Positions 19,613 to 29,843 of a DNA stretch of 64,000 nt are shown here, one piece after another. Source of the DNA: Salinispira sp. GTDB taxonomy: Bacteria > Spirochaetota > Spirochaetia > DSM-27196 > Salinispiraceae. Below the pieces are notes generated by a model. That model saw only the letters and a program-made list of their open reading frames with translations, did not search any database and was not told the DNA's origin. Position numbers and translations under genes: made by a program. The DNA lies in contig OZ271918.1 in assembly GCA_965602015.1 (NCBI GenBank), forward strand, positions 3,776,001-3,840,000, given 5' to 3'. Each line of letters begins with the position of its first letter. Position 1 is the first letter of the stretch.

Positions 19613-20526
19613 CCCATAAGACCCGACTTGAGCTGCGCCGGATCCAATCCCGGCGTCAACTCCAAGTATGCTTCTTATGGGGGTTGAGCCGGCAAACGAG
19701 TTCTTTGAAATACGTCAGTCAGTGACGGACCCATCGAAGAACATCTTGCTCCCGCTGAGCAAGAACTCTTCTGCTGACCGCTGATGCTTGCAGCAGCCTG
19801 CAGAAGATAAAAACTTCACACTACAAAACGCTTGAAGTCGACCCGGCTGCCGTTGAAGTTTACCAGGTAGCCCACCCGGATGCCCGAAAGCCTGAGGTAG
19901 TTTATGAGCTGGGCTTCCATAACTGGAGTGAGCTTGGAAACACTTTTTAGTTCGAGGATGAGCTTTCCTTCAATTACCAGGTCTGCAATGTACGCCCCGG
20001 CAAGCTCGCCTTTGTAGTACACCGGATACACCTTCTGCTGTTCCACCGCCAGATTCAGCCTGCGACACTCAATAACCAGCGCACCCTCGTACGCGCTTTC
20101 CAAAAGCCCGGGACCCAGGATGTTGTGCACCGAATACAACGCTCCCACCACCGTGTAGGACAGTTCCTTGAAAAGATACTCAGCCATGCTGACCTCCTAT
20201 GGTTGCATAGGCGAGCAGGCAGCTTTGCTGCCGACCAGCCTTTTTTCAGGAGGCAGTCTCGAAGCGACGAGTGGTCAACGCCCCTGAGCGAAACGCGGCT
20301 TGACCGCGAGGAGCGGAGAGATACACTTGAGAAAACCGGAGGAAGCCAGACAGCATAGCCCAAGGCATAGGGAAGAAGGCGAGAATCCTCGCGCCTCATT
20401 CTTTCCTTTCTTACAACATACCATCAGCAGAGAAATCCCTTTTACAAAACTGCCCCGGTCACCAAACCAAATCCGTGAATATTGGTGCTGATACGTGGTA
20501 CACCCCAACTCCCTGATACGTGGCTT
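19613..20526. repeat. GxxExxY module copy 2 (intact, ~914 bp)
   Basis: Aligns with 14010-14316 plus 17247-17809; has sharp boundaries on both sides. Confidence 0.9.
19816..20187 (-). CDS. GxxExxY protein (PD-(D/E)XK nuclease-like)
   Basis: GPGLLESAYE (GxxExxY), ADLVIEGKLILELKSV and AQLINYL motifs; SD AGGAGG. Confidence 0.92.
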   Translation of the reverse strand: MAEYLFKELSYTVVGALYSVHNILGPGLLESAYEGALVIECRRLNLAVEQQKVYPVYYKGELAGAYIADLVIEGKLILELKSVSKLTPVMEAQLINYLRLSGIRVGYLVNFNGSRVDFKRFVV

Positions 20527-20991
20527 ACCAAGCTCATCGCTGCTGACCAAAAATCTACCATCTCGGCCAACACCAATCGGCAATGATCATTGGAGAAGCC
20601 GGAAGCGAATCGGCAAAAAGAATGGCAGGATCAGTGAAAATACAAGTCGGAAATTTTCGCCTCTACAAAATAATTCCATGAGTCCGAATAAAAGCAAGTA
20701 TCTGCTTGCGAGAATACAGAAGTTGATCCGTTTATTAATGACTATAATAAATATCTGCAATCTGCGTTTTTTGTGGTTCATTTTGATCACTGTTCTCTTC
20801 GCATTTGATAGAGTGAATATCTCGATTCGATTTACAGTACACAAGTGTTGTGTATTCAAATTGACGGTATAGTGAATAATGAGATGGCTTATCTTCCCAA
20901 TGATTTAGAGAGCAGAACACAAACCGTCTCCGCTGGGTCGGTAATAGCAAATGACGGCCTGCGTTAAAAATCCAGATCGGTTGAATATCGG

Positions 20992-21420
20992 CTAATAATC
21001 CCGCCCCAGCCTCCGGTACAAAAAAAACCCGCCGACGGCCAGAGCAATGAGGGCCAGAATGTACAGGGCATAAACCGACAGGACCAGGGTCCACTGCCAG
21101 CCGCCGGGCTCGGTGTCGCCGTGGGCCAGGCCGGTAAGAGTCGCAAGCAGCTGCATAAGCGGCAGAGCCGCAACCGCCGTTGCGGCGGCGGCGATGATCC
21201 AGGCCCTCATCTGTCCGCCCACTGCCGCGGCGATCAGCAAAAGCACGGCCCCCGCCAGTTCAACAAAAAACAGTTCGCCGGGCATGAGCCAGTCGAAAAG
21301 GAAGCGGCCTCGGCTGACGCTCACAATTGCCCCGAGAAGGAAAGGGGCAAGCAAGGGAAGCATTACCACAATGCCGCCACCCAGTGCCAGGGCGCGGGCG
21401 GTTTTGCGCTTCTTGTTCAT
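20992..21420 (-). CDS. Hypothetical 4-TM membrane protein
   Basis: Four hydrophobic segments, GC-rich codon usage; probable start MNKKRK at 21420. Confidence 0.65.
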   Translation of the reverse strand: MNKKRKTARALALGGGIVVMLPLLAPFLLGAIVSVSRGRFLFDWLMPGELFFVELAGAVLLLIAAAVGGQMRAWIIAAAATAVAALPLMQLLATLTGLAHGDTEPGGWQWTLVLSVYALYILALIALAVGGFFLYRRLGRDY

Positions 21421-21543
21421 GTATATTAATTTATCCCCTTTCTCGGCGATTTTCAGGGTTTTCTTCACAGTGACCTTCTCAACTGTTAGAATGGGTGCAG
21501 GCAGCCGGCGCAGGTCCGCGCGCCTTATAAACGGAGGGATGTA

Positions 21544-23088
21544 ATGAGCGAAGCGCAGGTGGTGAATCTGATATTATGCGGTGGAGTGGGGAGCCGGCTG
21601 TGGCCGCTTTCGAGAAAGCTTCTTCCCAAGCAGTTTTCCCGGATCCTCCGGGGACAAACCCTCTTCGAGCGCACGGTGGCCCGAAACCGCAAAGTTGCCT
21701 CATCCACCATGATCGCCGCCAATCGCCACCAGGCATTTCTCGCCTTTAATCAGATGGAAAACCTCGATATTCATGAGCATTTTGGTCTCATTGAACCGGT
21801 GGGCCGTAATACTGCGCCGGCAATCGCCCTGGCTTCCATGCTGGTGGAGCCGGAAACCGTTCTGCTCGTCACCCCGTCGGATCATCTGATAGCAAAAGAC
21901 GATGAATACGCCGCAGCGGTGCGGAACGCGGTTGATCTGGCGAAAAAGGGGCGCATCGTCACCTTCGGAATAGAACCTGAATATGCCGAGACCGGCTTCG
22001 GCTACATCGAAGCCGACAAACAGGCCGACGATCCCTACGCGGTCCGTGGATTTAGGGAAAAACCCGACGAGAAAACCGCAGCGGAATACCTCAAGGCCGG
22101 TAATTATTACTGGAACAGCGGGATGTTCTGCTTTCAGGCCGAGGTCTTTCTCAATGAACTCAAACATCACGCCCACGATGTGTACGAGGCCAGCTTCAAC
22201 GCCTTTAACAATGCCAACGGTCCCGACGCCCGCAGGAAGCGCGAACCCTGGTCGCCTATGGTTGAGGCCATGAACGCCATTCCGGCTATTTCCGTGGACT
22301 ACGCCGTAATGGAAAAGAGCCAACGCATCGCCGTGGTGCCCTGCGATATTGGTTGGAGCGACCTGGGCAGCCTGGACGCCCTGTACGACCATTACAGCGG
22401 TGTGTCGGAGCAGGTGGGAAGCGGCAGCCGGGACAGCGAGGGCCCCACGCGCAGGCCCGATGGGTCTGATAACGCATCGGCCACCGACACCGAACCGGTG
22501 TACATCAATGCCAAGCGAAACCTGGTAATCGGCGAGAAGCGCCAGGTCGCCCTCATCGATGTGGACGATCTCATGGTAGTCGAAACCCCCGACGCCCTGC
22601 TGATTTCAAAACGGGGGTCAAGCCAAAAAGTGAAAGAGGTGGTCAAAGAGCTGGAGGGCCGCGACGGTCCCGAGAGCCGGCTCACCGAGCGCTTCCCCAC
22701 CATCGAACGGCCCTGGGGGAAATACACCACGCTGTACGTGGGCGAGCACTACATGGTTCGCCGGCTGGAGGTTAAACCCGGCTGCCGCACCAGTCTGCAG
22801 CGCCACTTCAAACGGGAAGAACTGTGGACCGTGGTTGCCGGCCAGGCCCTGGTTCAGCTCGAAAAAAGCCGCAAGCACTACTACCCCGGCCAGGGAATAG
22901 AGGTGCCCATGGGCGCATTCCACCGCCTGGAAAACCCCGGCGATGAACTGCTGGTTATTGTGGAAACGCAAATGGCCATGGTGCCCGCTGAGGAGGGCGC
23001 CACCGAGGCGGTGCCGAAAAGCGAGCTGCCGAAACTTGACGAAACCGATGTGGACCGGGCGGAAGACGATTACCGCTGGCTGAAATAG
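21544..23088 (+). CDS. manC: Mannose-1-phosphate guanylyltransferase / mannose-6-phosphate isomerase
   Basis: LCGGVGSRLWPLSRKLLPKQF, EPVGRNTAPA, WNSGMF and WSDLGS motifs; C-terminal cupin ERPWG...SLQRH. Confidence 0.92.
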   Translation: MSEAQVVNLILCGGVGSRLWPLSRKLLPKQFSRILRGQTLFERTVARNRKVASSTMIAANRHQAFLAFNQMENLDIHEHFGLIEPVGRNTAPAIALASMLVEPETVLLVTPSDHLIAKDDEYAAAVRNAVDLAKKGRIVTFGIEPEYAETGFGYIEADKQADDPYAVRGFREKPDEKTAAEYLKAGNYYWNSGMFCFQAEVFLNELKHHAHDVYEASFNAFNNANGPDARRKREPWSPMVEAMNAIPAISVDYAVMEKSQRIAVVPCDIGWSDLGSLDALYDHYSGVSEQVGSGSRDSEGPTRRPDGSDNASATDTEPVYINAKRNLVIGEKRQVALIDVDDLMVVETPDALLISKRGSSQKVKEVVKELEGRDGPESRLTERFPTIERPWGKYTTLYVGEHYMVRRLEVKPGCRTSLQRHFKREELWTVVAGQALVQLEKSRKHYYPGQGIEVPMGAFHRLENPGDELLVIVETQMAMVPAEEGATEAVPKSELPKLDETDVDRAEDDYRWLK

Positions 23089-23096
23089 GCCGGGTT

Positions 23097-24908
23097 GTGG
23101 CGGATTTCGGCAGCATCGCGACTATTGTAACTATTGCTGTTCTCCTGGCGGTGCTCCTCAGCGACCGGATACGTCCGGTTTTTGCCTTCCTGGGCGCCCT
23201 GGGGCTCCTGTTCCTGCTTCAGATCATCAGTCCCCAGGAGGCTCTCAGCGGCTTTGCCAATCCGGTCATCGCCACCCTTGCCCTGCTGTTCATCGTCAAC
23301 AAGGCGGTGGAAAAAACCGGAATCCTCACCGACGCAGTGCGCTTCATCAGAACCGAGAAGAACTTCCGCTTCGAGTCGGTTTTGATTCTGGTGCTGATGC
23401 TTCCGGTTGCCCTGTTCTCCTCAATTCTCAACAACACTCCCATCGTGCTGCTGCTGGTGCCGGCGGTGAAAAGCTGGGGCCAGAAACACGGGGTGGCAAG
23501 CTCGAAGCTGCTGATCCCCTTAAGTTACGCCGCCATCGTCGGCGGGATGTGGACAATTATCGGCACAAGCACAAACTTGCTGATTAACGACCTGTTTACC
23601 GACTACAGCGGCAGCGGCCTCCTGTTCTTCGAACCGGCCGTGGTGGGAATTCCCCTCACGGTTGCGGCCATCATGTATATGTCCCTCATCGGCCATCATA
23701 TGCTGCCCCGCTATCAGGAGCCCGGTCAGCGCCTGCTCAACCAGACGGATGAATACCTCATAGAGCTCATGGTTCCCCGGGGATCCGGGCTGGCGGGCCT
23801 TGCCATCGAAGACGCGGGATTCAGGGACCTGAAGGGGGTGTATTTAGCCCAAATATACCGAAAGGATCAGGATCTCGGGGCTCCGGGACCATCGGATTTG
23901 CTCAAGGAGGGCGACCGCCTGGTATTTGCAGGCAATGTCCAGGCCGCCCGGGAACTGGCCAGCGAAAAACATCTAATCCCTTCGGACAGCCGAAGCTTCA
24001 AAAAAGATACCCGGGACATCCAAAGCAAACTTGTCGAACTGGTGGTCAGGGATGATGCGGGTCTGGCCGGGAAAACGATAAAACAGTCATCATTTCGAAG
24101 CCGATACGGCGCTGCCGTAGTAGCGGTCCATCGCCGCGGACAGCAGCTGGCCGGCCGCATCGGCGATATCAAGCTAAAAACCGGGGACAATCTGCTGGTG
24201 CTCACCCGGACCGACAGGGTCGTTACCCTGAGCCGTTCGCCGGATTTTTACATGCTCAACCGCTCGGCGGACGTGACCATACTCAAAACCTGGCAACGAT
24301 ATCTCATTTATATCGGCACCCTGGTAATGATAGGCTTGAGCGCATTGAGCACCATGGGTTTTGTCCTGGGGATAGGCGGGCAACCGATGGGGCTCCTGCA
24401 TTTTTCCGCCATACTGGTGGCCATCCTTTTCGCAAGCAAAACCATTACGACCAGGGAGATCCGGGAGTCGATCCGCTTCGACTTGCTGTTGATAATAGCC
24501 TCTGCCATCGGCATATCGGTCGCCCTTCAAAATACCGGAATCGCCGATCGACTGGGAGAACGGATTTTCTTCCTGACCCGATTTCTCAGCCCGCTTGGAA
24601 TCCTCATGGTGGTCTATCTCATAACAAATCTGATAACCGAGGTCATAACCAACAACGCTGCGGCTGTGCTCCTGTTTCCCATCCTGATGTCTGTCGCCCA
24701 GGTGATCGGCGTGGATAGCCGGGCCATGGTAATGGTGCTCATCGTCGCCGCCGGAAGCAGTTTCTCCACGCCAATGGGCTATCAGACCAACCTTATCGTT
24801 CAATCGGCTGCCCAGTACAAGTTTGTAGATTTTCTCAGGGCGGGCCTGCCCATGAACGTCATCGCATTTTTGATAACGATGGCAATGGTCGACATACTCT
24901 ACCTCTAA
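23097..24908 (+). CDS. SLC13/TrkA-C permease, probable sulfate transporter
   Basis: LNNTP, PLSYAAIVGG, IGTSTNL, two TrkA-C domains, TNNAAA and TPMGYQTN; adjacent to cysQDN. Confidence 0.85.
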   Translation: MADFGSIATIVTIAVLLAVLLSDRIRPVFAFLGALGLLFLLQIISPQEALSGFANPVIATLALLFIVNKAVEKTGILTDAVRFIRTEKNFRFESVLILVLMLPVALFSSILNNTPIVLLLVPAVKSWGQKHGVASSKLLIPLSYAAIVGGMWTIIGTSTNLLINDLFTDYSGSGLLFFEPAVVGIPLTVAAIMYMSLIGHHMLPRYQEPGQRLLNQTDEYLIELMVPRGSGLAGLAIEDAGFRDLKGVYLAQIYRKDQDLGAPGPSDLLKEGDRLVFAGNVQAARELASEKHLIPSDSRSFKKDTRDIQSKLVELVVRDDAGLAGKTIKQSSFRSRYGAAVVAVHRRGQQLAGRIGDIKLKTGDNLLVLTRTDRVVTLSRSPDFYMLNRSADVTILKTWQRYLIYIGTLVMIGLSALSTMGFVLGIGGQPMGLLHFSAILVAILFASKTITTREIRESIRFDLLLIIASAIGISVALQNTGIADRLGERIFFLTRFLSPLGILMVVYLITNLITEVITNNAAAVLLFPILMSVAQVIGVDSRAMVMVLIVAAGSSFSTPMGYQTNLIVQSAAQYKFVDFLRAGLPMNVIAFLITMAMVDILYL

Positions 24909-24977
24909 AGGCTACAATGCTCGAGCTATGACCGAACCCTGTTCATTCACCTCTCTCAAGTCTGCCGGAGCTCGGCG

Positions 24978-25934
24978 ATGATTGCCGCCGATCGCGCGGC
25001 CGCCGGACTCCTTCGCCTCGGTCTCCAAGCCGGGAAGGCCATATTGGAAGTATATTCCCGGGATTTTTCCGTGGATGCCAAGGACGATAATTCGCCGCTA
25101 ACCGAAGCCGACCGGGCTTCACACCGCACAATCGCCGATGGTCTGGCCAAAATTAGCGGCGGCCAGGGCGCGCCCCTTCCCCTGCTGTCCGAAGAGGGAG
25201 ATATTCCCGCATCGGCGGTCCGTCAGACCTGGGGTGAATACTGGCTCATCGATCCGCTGGACGGGACCAAGGAATTTGTAAAGAAAAACGGCGAGTTCAC
25301 GGTGAACATCGCCCTTATGCGCCGGGTTACGGATTCCGGAAATCACAGCGCAGACCGCCGGACAGCCGGCGGCAACTGGTACCCTGCCCTCGGCCTGGTG
25401 TACGCCCCGGTTCTCGATGAGGCTTTTATCGGCTGGAGCGGCCCGGCGCCGGAGGATTCAGGGGCCTACCGGATCAACGGGCTTTCAAAGGCAGCGGAAG
25501 GCTGGACCGGCAGCGACGATTGGCGCCGGTCCGCGGAGCCCATCGCCGCGGTGCGTCAGCTCCCCGCCGCCGGCGAACAGCTGACCGTTGTCGCCAGCCG
25601 TTCCCATCTTACCCGGGAGACCGAGGCCTTTATCGCCGGCCTGACCGCCATGGGAAGAACAATAGACACCGCAAGCTCGGGCAGCAGCCTCAAGCTCTGC
25701 CGGGTAGCCGCCGGCGAGGCGCATGCCTACCCCCGTTTCGCCCCGACCATGGAATGGGATACCGCCGCCGCCGATGCCCTGTGCCGGGCCGCCGGAGCCC
25801 CGGTGCTCAAGGCCGACGGATCCGGCCCCCTGGAATACAACAAAGACGATTTGCTCAATCCCTGGTTTTTGGTAACCGGCATTCCCGCCATCGCCGATCT
25901 GCTCAGGGAACAATCAGATAAGGACGCGCAATGA
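24978..25934 (+). CDS. cysQ: 3'(2'),5'-bisphosphate nucleotidase
   Basis: SPLTEAD, LSEEG, WLIDPLDGTKEF, VASRSH, GSSLK and PTMEWDTAA motifs. Confidence 0.92.
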   Translation: MIAADRAAAGLLRLGLQAGKAILEVYSRDFSVDAKDDNSPLTEADRASHRTIADGLAKISGGQGAPLPLLSEEGDIPASAVRQTWGEYWLIDPLDGTKEFVKKNGEFTVNIALMRRVTDSGNHSADRRTAGGNWYPALGLVYAPVLDEAFIGWSGPAPEDSGAYRINGLSKAAEGWTGSDDWRRSAEPIAAVRQLPAAGEQLTVVASRSHLTRETEAFIAGLTAMGRTIDTASSGSSLKLCRVAAGEAHAYPRFAPTMEWDTAAADALCRAAGAPVLKADGSGPLEYNKDDLLNPWFLVTGIPAIADLLREQSDKDAQ

Positions 25935-26836
25935 AAAAATATCATTTGAACCACCTGAGGGCCCTGGAGTCTGAGGCTATTTACATTATCCGCGAGGTGG
26001 CTGCCCAGTTCGAAAGGCCCGTGATGCTCTTTTCTGGGGGCAAGGACTCGATCTGCATGGCCCACCTGGCCCGCAAGGCCTTTCACCCCGGAACCGTGCC
26101 CTTTCCGCTGATGCATGTGGATACCGGGCATAACTTCGACGAAACCATCGAATACCGGGACCAGTTCATTGAGGATATGGGCGCCCGGCTCATCGTCGCC
26201 CATGTTCAGGATTCCATCGATGCCGGGCGGGTAACCGAGGAAACCGGACCCTATGCAAGCCGGAATTCTTTGCAAACCGTCACCCTCCTGGACGCGGTCA
26301 AAGAGCACAAATTCGACGCGGCCATGGGCGGCGCGCGCCGAGACGAGGAAAAGGCCCGGGCCAAGGAGCGCTTTTTTTCCTTCAGGAACCGGTTCGGCCA
26401 ATGGGATCCGAAAAACCAGCGCCCCGAGCTGTGGAACATTTTTAATGCCCAAAAGCACATGGGCGAGCATTTTCGGGTATTCCCCATATCGAACTGGACC
26501 GAGCTGGACGTCTGGAGCTATATCGCGCTTGAGAAAATCCCCATGCCAAGCCTGTATTTTTCTCACAAGCGCAGCGTGCTGGTTCGCGACGGAGTTATTC
26601 TCGGAGACAGCGATTTCATCGAAAAGCTCCCCGGTGAAAAACCCGTCGAGAAACTGGTGCGTTTTCGAACCATCGGGGACATGACCTGCACCGGCGGGGT
26701 GGAGAGCCCGGCTTCGAGCATTGAGGAAATCATCGCTGAAATCGCCTCGACCCGGACAACCGAGCGGGGGGGGCGGGCGGACGATAAACGGAGCGAGGCC
26801 GCCATGGAAGACCGGAAAAAACAAGGGTATTTTTAA
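25931..26836 (+). CDS. cysD: Sulfate adenylyltransferase subunit 2
   Basis: [34 protein letters not shown] and [10 protein letters not shown] motifs. Confidence 0.96.
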   Translation: MKKYHLNHLRALESEAIYIIREVAAQFERPVMLFSGGKDSICMAHLARKAFHPGTVPFPLMHVDTGHNFDETIEYRDQFIEDMGARLIVAHVQDSIDAGRVTEETGPYASRNSLQTVTLLDAVKEHKFDAAMGGARRDEEKARAKERFFSFRNRFGQWDPKNQRPELWNIFNAQKHMGEHFRVFPISNWTELDVWSYIALEKIPMPSLYFSHKRSVLVRDGVILGDSDFIEKLPGEKPVEKLVRFRTIGDMTCTGGVESPASSIEEIIAEIASTRTTERGGRADDKRSEAAMEDRKKQGYF

Positions 26837-28791
26837 TGAGCACGAAAACAACGGAAGAACTGGAATATAATATCGACGAGTACCTGAACCGCGAACTGCT
26901 GCGCTTCACCACCGCCGGTTCGGTGGACGACGGAAAGAGCACCCTTATCGGCCGGCTTCTTTTTGACAGCAAGGCCATTTTTCAGGATCAGATGGAAGCC
27001 CTGGAGAAATCCAGTCAGCTCAGGGGCGAGGGGGATGTGAACCTGGCTCTTCTCACCGACGGACTGCGGGCCGAGCGCGAGCAGGGAATAACCATCGATG
27101 TGGCATACCGCTACTTTTCCACTCCCAAAAGAAAGTTCATCATTGCCGATACCCCGGGCCACGAGCAATACACCCGGAACATGGTTACCGGCGCCTCTAC
27201 TGCCCATTTGGCAATCATCCTCATCGACGCCCGTAAAGGAGTGCTCACCCAAAGCAAGCGCCACGGCTACATCGCCAGCCTGCTGGGCATCCCCCACCTG
27301 GTGGTGGCGGTGAACAAAATGGATCTGGTCGACTGGAGTCAGCAGGTGTTCGATGAGATTGTGGCTGACTACACCGACTTCTGCGACAATCTGGATATCG
27401 ACGACATCACCTTCATTCCCATATCCGCCCTTACGGGAGACAATGTGGTCGACCGGAGCGAGAACATGCCCTGGTACGACGGGCGCTCGGTCCTCCATCA
27501 CCTGGAAACCGTGACCCTGGCGGGAGACCGCAACTTGGAGGACTTCCGCTTTCCCGTGCAGTACGTGGTGCGTCCCCACCTGGATTTCCGGGGTTTCGCC
27601 GGCCGGGTGGCGTCGGGAACCGTCCGCACCGGCGACGAAATCATCGCATATCCCTCGGGCAGGGGTTCGAAGATCAGGTCGATAGTCACCTACGACGGTG
27701 AACTTGAGGAGGCCTTCGAAAGCCAGTCGGTGGTGCTGACCCTGGAAGATGAAATTGATACTTCCCGGGGCGACATGATTGTAAAAAAAGAGAACCTGCC
27801 GGACAATTCGACCCGTTTCGAAGCCGCCCTGTGCTGGATGGACGACGGAAAAGAGCTGTCCACCAGCAATCACTACATCCTTCAGCAGACAAGCCGCCGG
27901 GTCCAGGCCTATGTGAGCCGGATCAATTACCGGGTCAATATCAACACCCTGGACCATGAGCAGGTCGATACCCTAAAACTCAACGAAATCGCCTATGTGG
28001 ACATAGAAACCGCACACCCCCTGTACTTCGACCCCTACACCCAAAACCGCGAAACCGGAAGCTTCATCCTCATCGATCCGGCTACCAACCTGACGGTGGC
28101 CGCCGGGATGATCCGCCATGAGGCCCGGGAACCCGAGCTCGAGACTTCCGCCGGAGGGGCCGCAACCATAGCAGCCGGCACCGCGGCGCCCGCCGGTTCG
28201 CCGGCCGGCCCCTCCAGCCCCAATGTCAAATGGGAGCAGACCGAGGTCAGCCTCCCGGCACGGGAAGCCAGAAACGGCCACCAGGCCAGGGTTCTCTGGT
28301 TCACCGGCCTGTCGGGCAGCGGCAAAAGCACCATCGCCAAGGCCCTGGAAAAGCGGCTCTTCGCCGAAGGCAGACAGGTGTTTATGCTGGACGGCGACAA
28401 TGTGCGCCACGGCCTCAACGGCGACCTGGGCTTCAGCGAAGAAGACCGCATCGAAAACATCCGGCGGGTGAGCCATGTGGCCCGGCTGATGTACGAAGCG
28501 GGATGTATTGTGCTCTGCACATTTATCAGCCCCCGCAGGGCCATGCGTGAGGAAGCCCGGCGGCTTATACCCGAGGGCCGTTTCCATGAAATCTTCGTGA
28601 AGGTGGATATCGACGAGGCCCGCCGGCGGGACCCCAAGGGACTGTACGAAAAGGCCGACTCCGGCGAAATCAGCGATTTCACCGGAGTCCATCAGCCCTA
28701 TGAAGAGAACCCCGAGGCAGATGCGGTTATCGACACCCAGGAGCTCAGCGTCGAGCAGGCCGTAGAGAAGCTGACGGGACTAATACGCTAG
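26836..28791 (+). CDS. cysNC: Bifunctional sulfate adenylyltransferase subunit 1 / adenylylsulfate kinase
   Basis: [15 protein letters not shown] and [13 protein letters not shown]-terminal APS kinase [29 protein letters not shown]. Confidence 0.95.
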   Translation: MSTKTTEELEYNIDEYLNRELLRFTTAGSVDDGKSTLIGRLLFDSKAIFQDQMEALEKSSQLRGEGDVNLALLTDGLRAEREQGITIDVAYRYFSTPKRKFIIADTPGHEQYTRNMVTGASTAHLAIILIDARKGVLTQSKRHGYIASLLGIPHLVVAVNKMDLVDWSQQVFDEIVADYTDFCDNLDIDDITFIPISALTGDNVVDRSENMPWYDGRSVLHHLETVTLAGDRNLEDFRFPVQYVVRPHLDFRGFAGRVASGTVRTGDEIIAYPSGRGSKIRSIVTYDGELEEAFESQSVVLTLEDEIDTSRGDMIVKKENLPDNSTRFEAALCWMDDGKELSTSNHYILQQTSRRVQAYVSRINYRVNINTLDHEQVDTLKLNEIAYVDIETAHPLYFDPYTQNRETGSFILIDPATNLTVAAGMIRHEAREPELETSAGGAATIAAGTAAPAGSPAGPSSPNVKWEQTEVSLPAREARNGHQARVLWFTGLSGSGKSTIAKALEKRLFAEGRQVFMLDGDNVRHGLNGDLGFSEEDRIENIRRVSHVARLMYEAGCIVLCTFISPRRAMREEARRLIPEGRFHEIFVKVDIDEARRRDPKGLYEKADSGEISDFTGVHQPYEENPEADAVIDTQELSVEQAVEKLTGLIR

Positions 28792-28852
28792 GTCCGCCAG
28801 GGTCAGGCTATCCTCTGTGGATATACTCATCAGATTCCGATAGGATAGAGCT

Positions 28853-29263
28853 ATGAATGGCGATCGGAATCAGGAAGAACTCATACGACTCATCCAGGAC
28901 CGTCTTGAGGCCGAACCGAACATCGAACTGGCGATTCTCTATGGATCCCTCGATGGAGGGGCTTTCCGGTCGGACTCCGATATTGACATCGCCGTTGCCG
29001 CCGGGCCCGATTTTGGTGTGGCTGCCATGGCCGAGATATCAGGGGCTCTCGAAGCCCTGAGCGGTCATCCGGTGGATGTGCTCAATTTGCGAAGCGCCGA
29101 AGGTTTGATACTGAGCGAAGCCATTTCAGGAAGGGTTCTCGTTGAGAATACAGAGCTTCGTCACCGATTAACCATTAAAGCGCTGTATTTTCGCGAAGAC
29201 TATCTTCCCATTATCAATCGTGAGCGCCGCGCCTCCGTCGAGAGGTTCATAAATGAAGCCTGA
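28853..29263 (+). CDS. mntA: Minimal nucleotidyltransferase antitoxin (MNT)
   Basis: GS-x10-DID motif (YGSLDGGAFRSDSDIDIAV) and VDVLNL; overlaps the HEPN gene. Confidence 0.85.
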   Translation: MNGDRNQEELIRLIQDRLEAEPNIELAILYGSLDGGAFRSDSDIDIAVAAGPDFGVAAMAEISGALEALSGHPVDVLNLRSAEGLILSEAISGRVLVENTELRHRLTIKALYFREDYLPIINRERRASVERFINEA

Positions 29264-29666
29264 GATCATCCTCGCCAAGCTTGAACAATTAGGCCGTTGT
29301 ATTTCACGAATTGAAGATAAGCGGCCCGCATCATTCGCCGATTTCGAAGATGATCTCGATGTGCAGGATATAATCGTCTTGAATCTCGAGCGAGCAGTTC
29401 AGCAATGTGTGGACATTGGAACCCATATTCTCGTGGAGTCAGGGGGACGATCTCCGAACACAATGGCTCAAACCTTTGATGCTCTCTCTGAGCGTGGGAT
29501 TCTCAGCGATGAGCTCTCCAAGCGGCTTCGAAACGCTGTTGGCTTTCGCAATGTGGCTGTCCACGAATACGAGAAGCTGTCATATCCCATCGTGTACTCG
29601 ATAATTACCCGCCATCTCAATGATTTTCGCGATTTCGCCGATACCGTTCTCAATTTTATAAATTAG
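29253..29666 (+). CDS. hepT: HEPN/DUF86 RNase toxin
   Basis: RNxxxH motif (FRNVAVHEY); paired with the MNT gene. Confidence 0.85.
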   Translation: MKPEIILAKLEQLGRCISRIEDKRPASFADFEDDLDVQDIIVLNLERAVQQCVDIGTHILVESGGRSPNTMAQTFDALSERGILSDELSKRLRNAVGFRNVAVHEYEKLSYPIVYSIITRHLNDFRDFADTVLNFIN

Positions 29667-29843
29667 AAAAAGCCAATCAGCGCAGTTCAATCTGCTGATG
29701 TGTCCACGGTCTGAGCCGCGCCTTAGGGCTCAGACTGCGTAAAAGACCAAAGCACCCTTAATTGCGGCCGATCTGCGGCGCTATTGATCTATTTTTTCCG
29801 CCCAGTTAGGATGTTTTTACCCAGAAAACCAACGGAGATTAGC

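Noticed and set aside
14010..20526. CRISPR array or CRISPR-associated transposon
   Set aside because: No regularly spaced short repeats and no cas genes; the repeats are two long module copies.
20587..20859. 90-aa AT-rich minus-strand ORF after the second GxxExxY module
   Set aside because: No SD or motif, and competing ORFs on both strands; a coding call or a third immunity gene cannot be supported.
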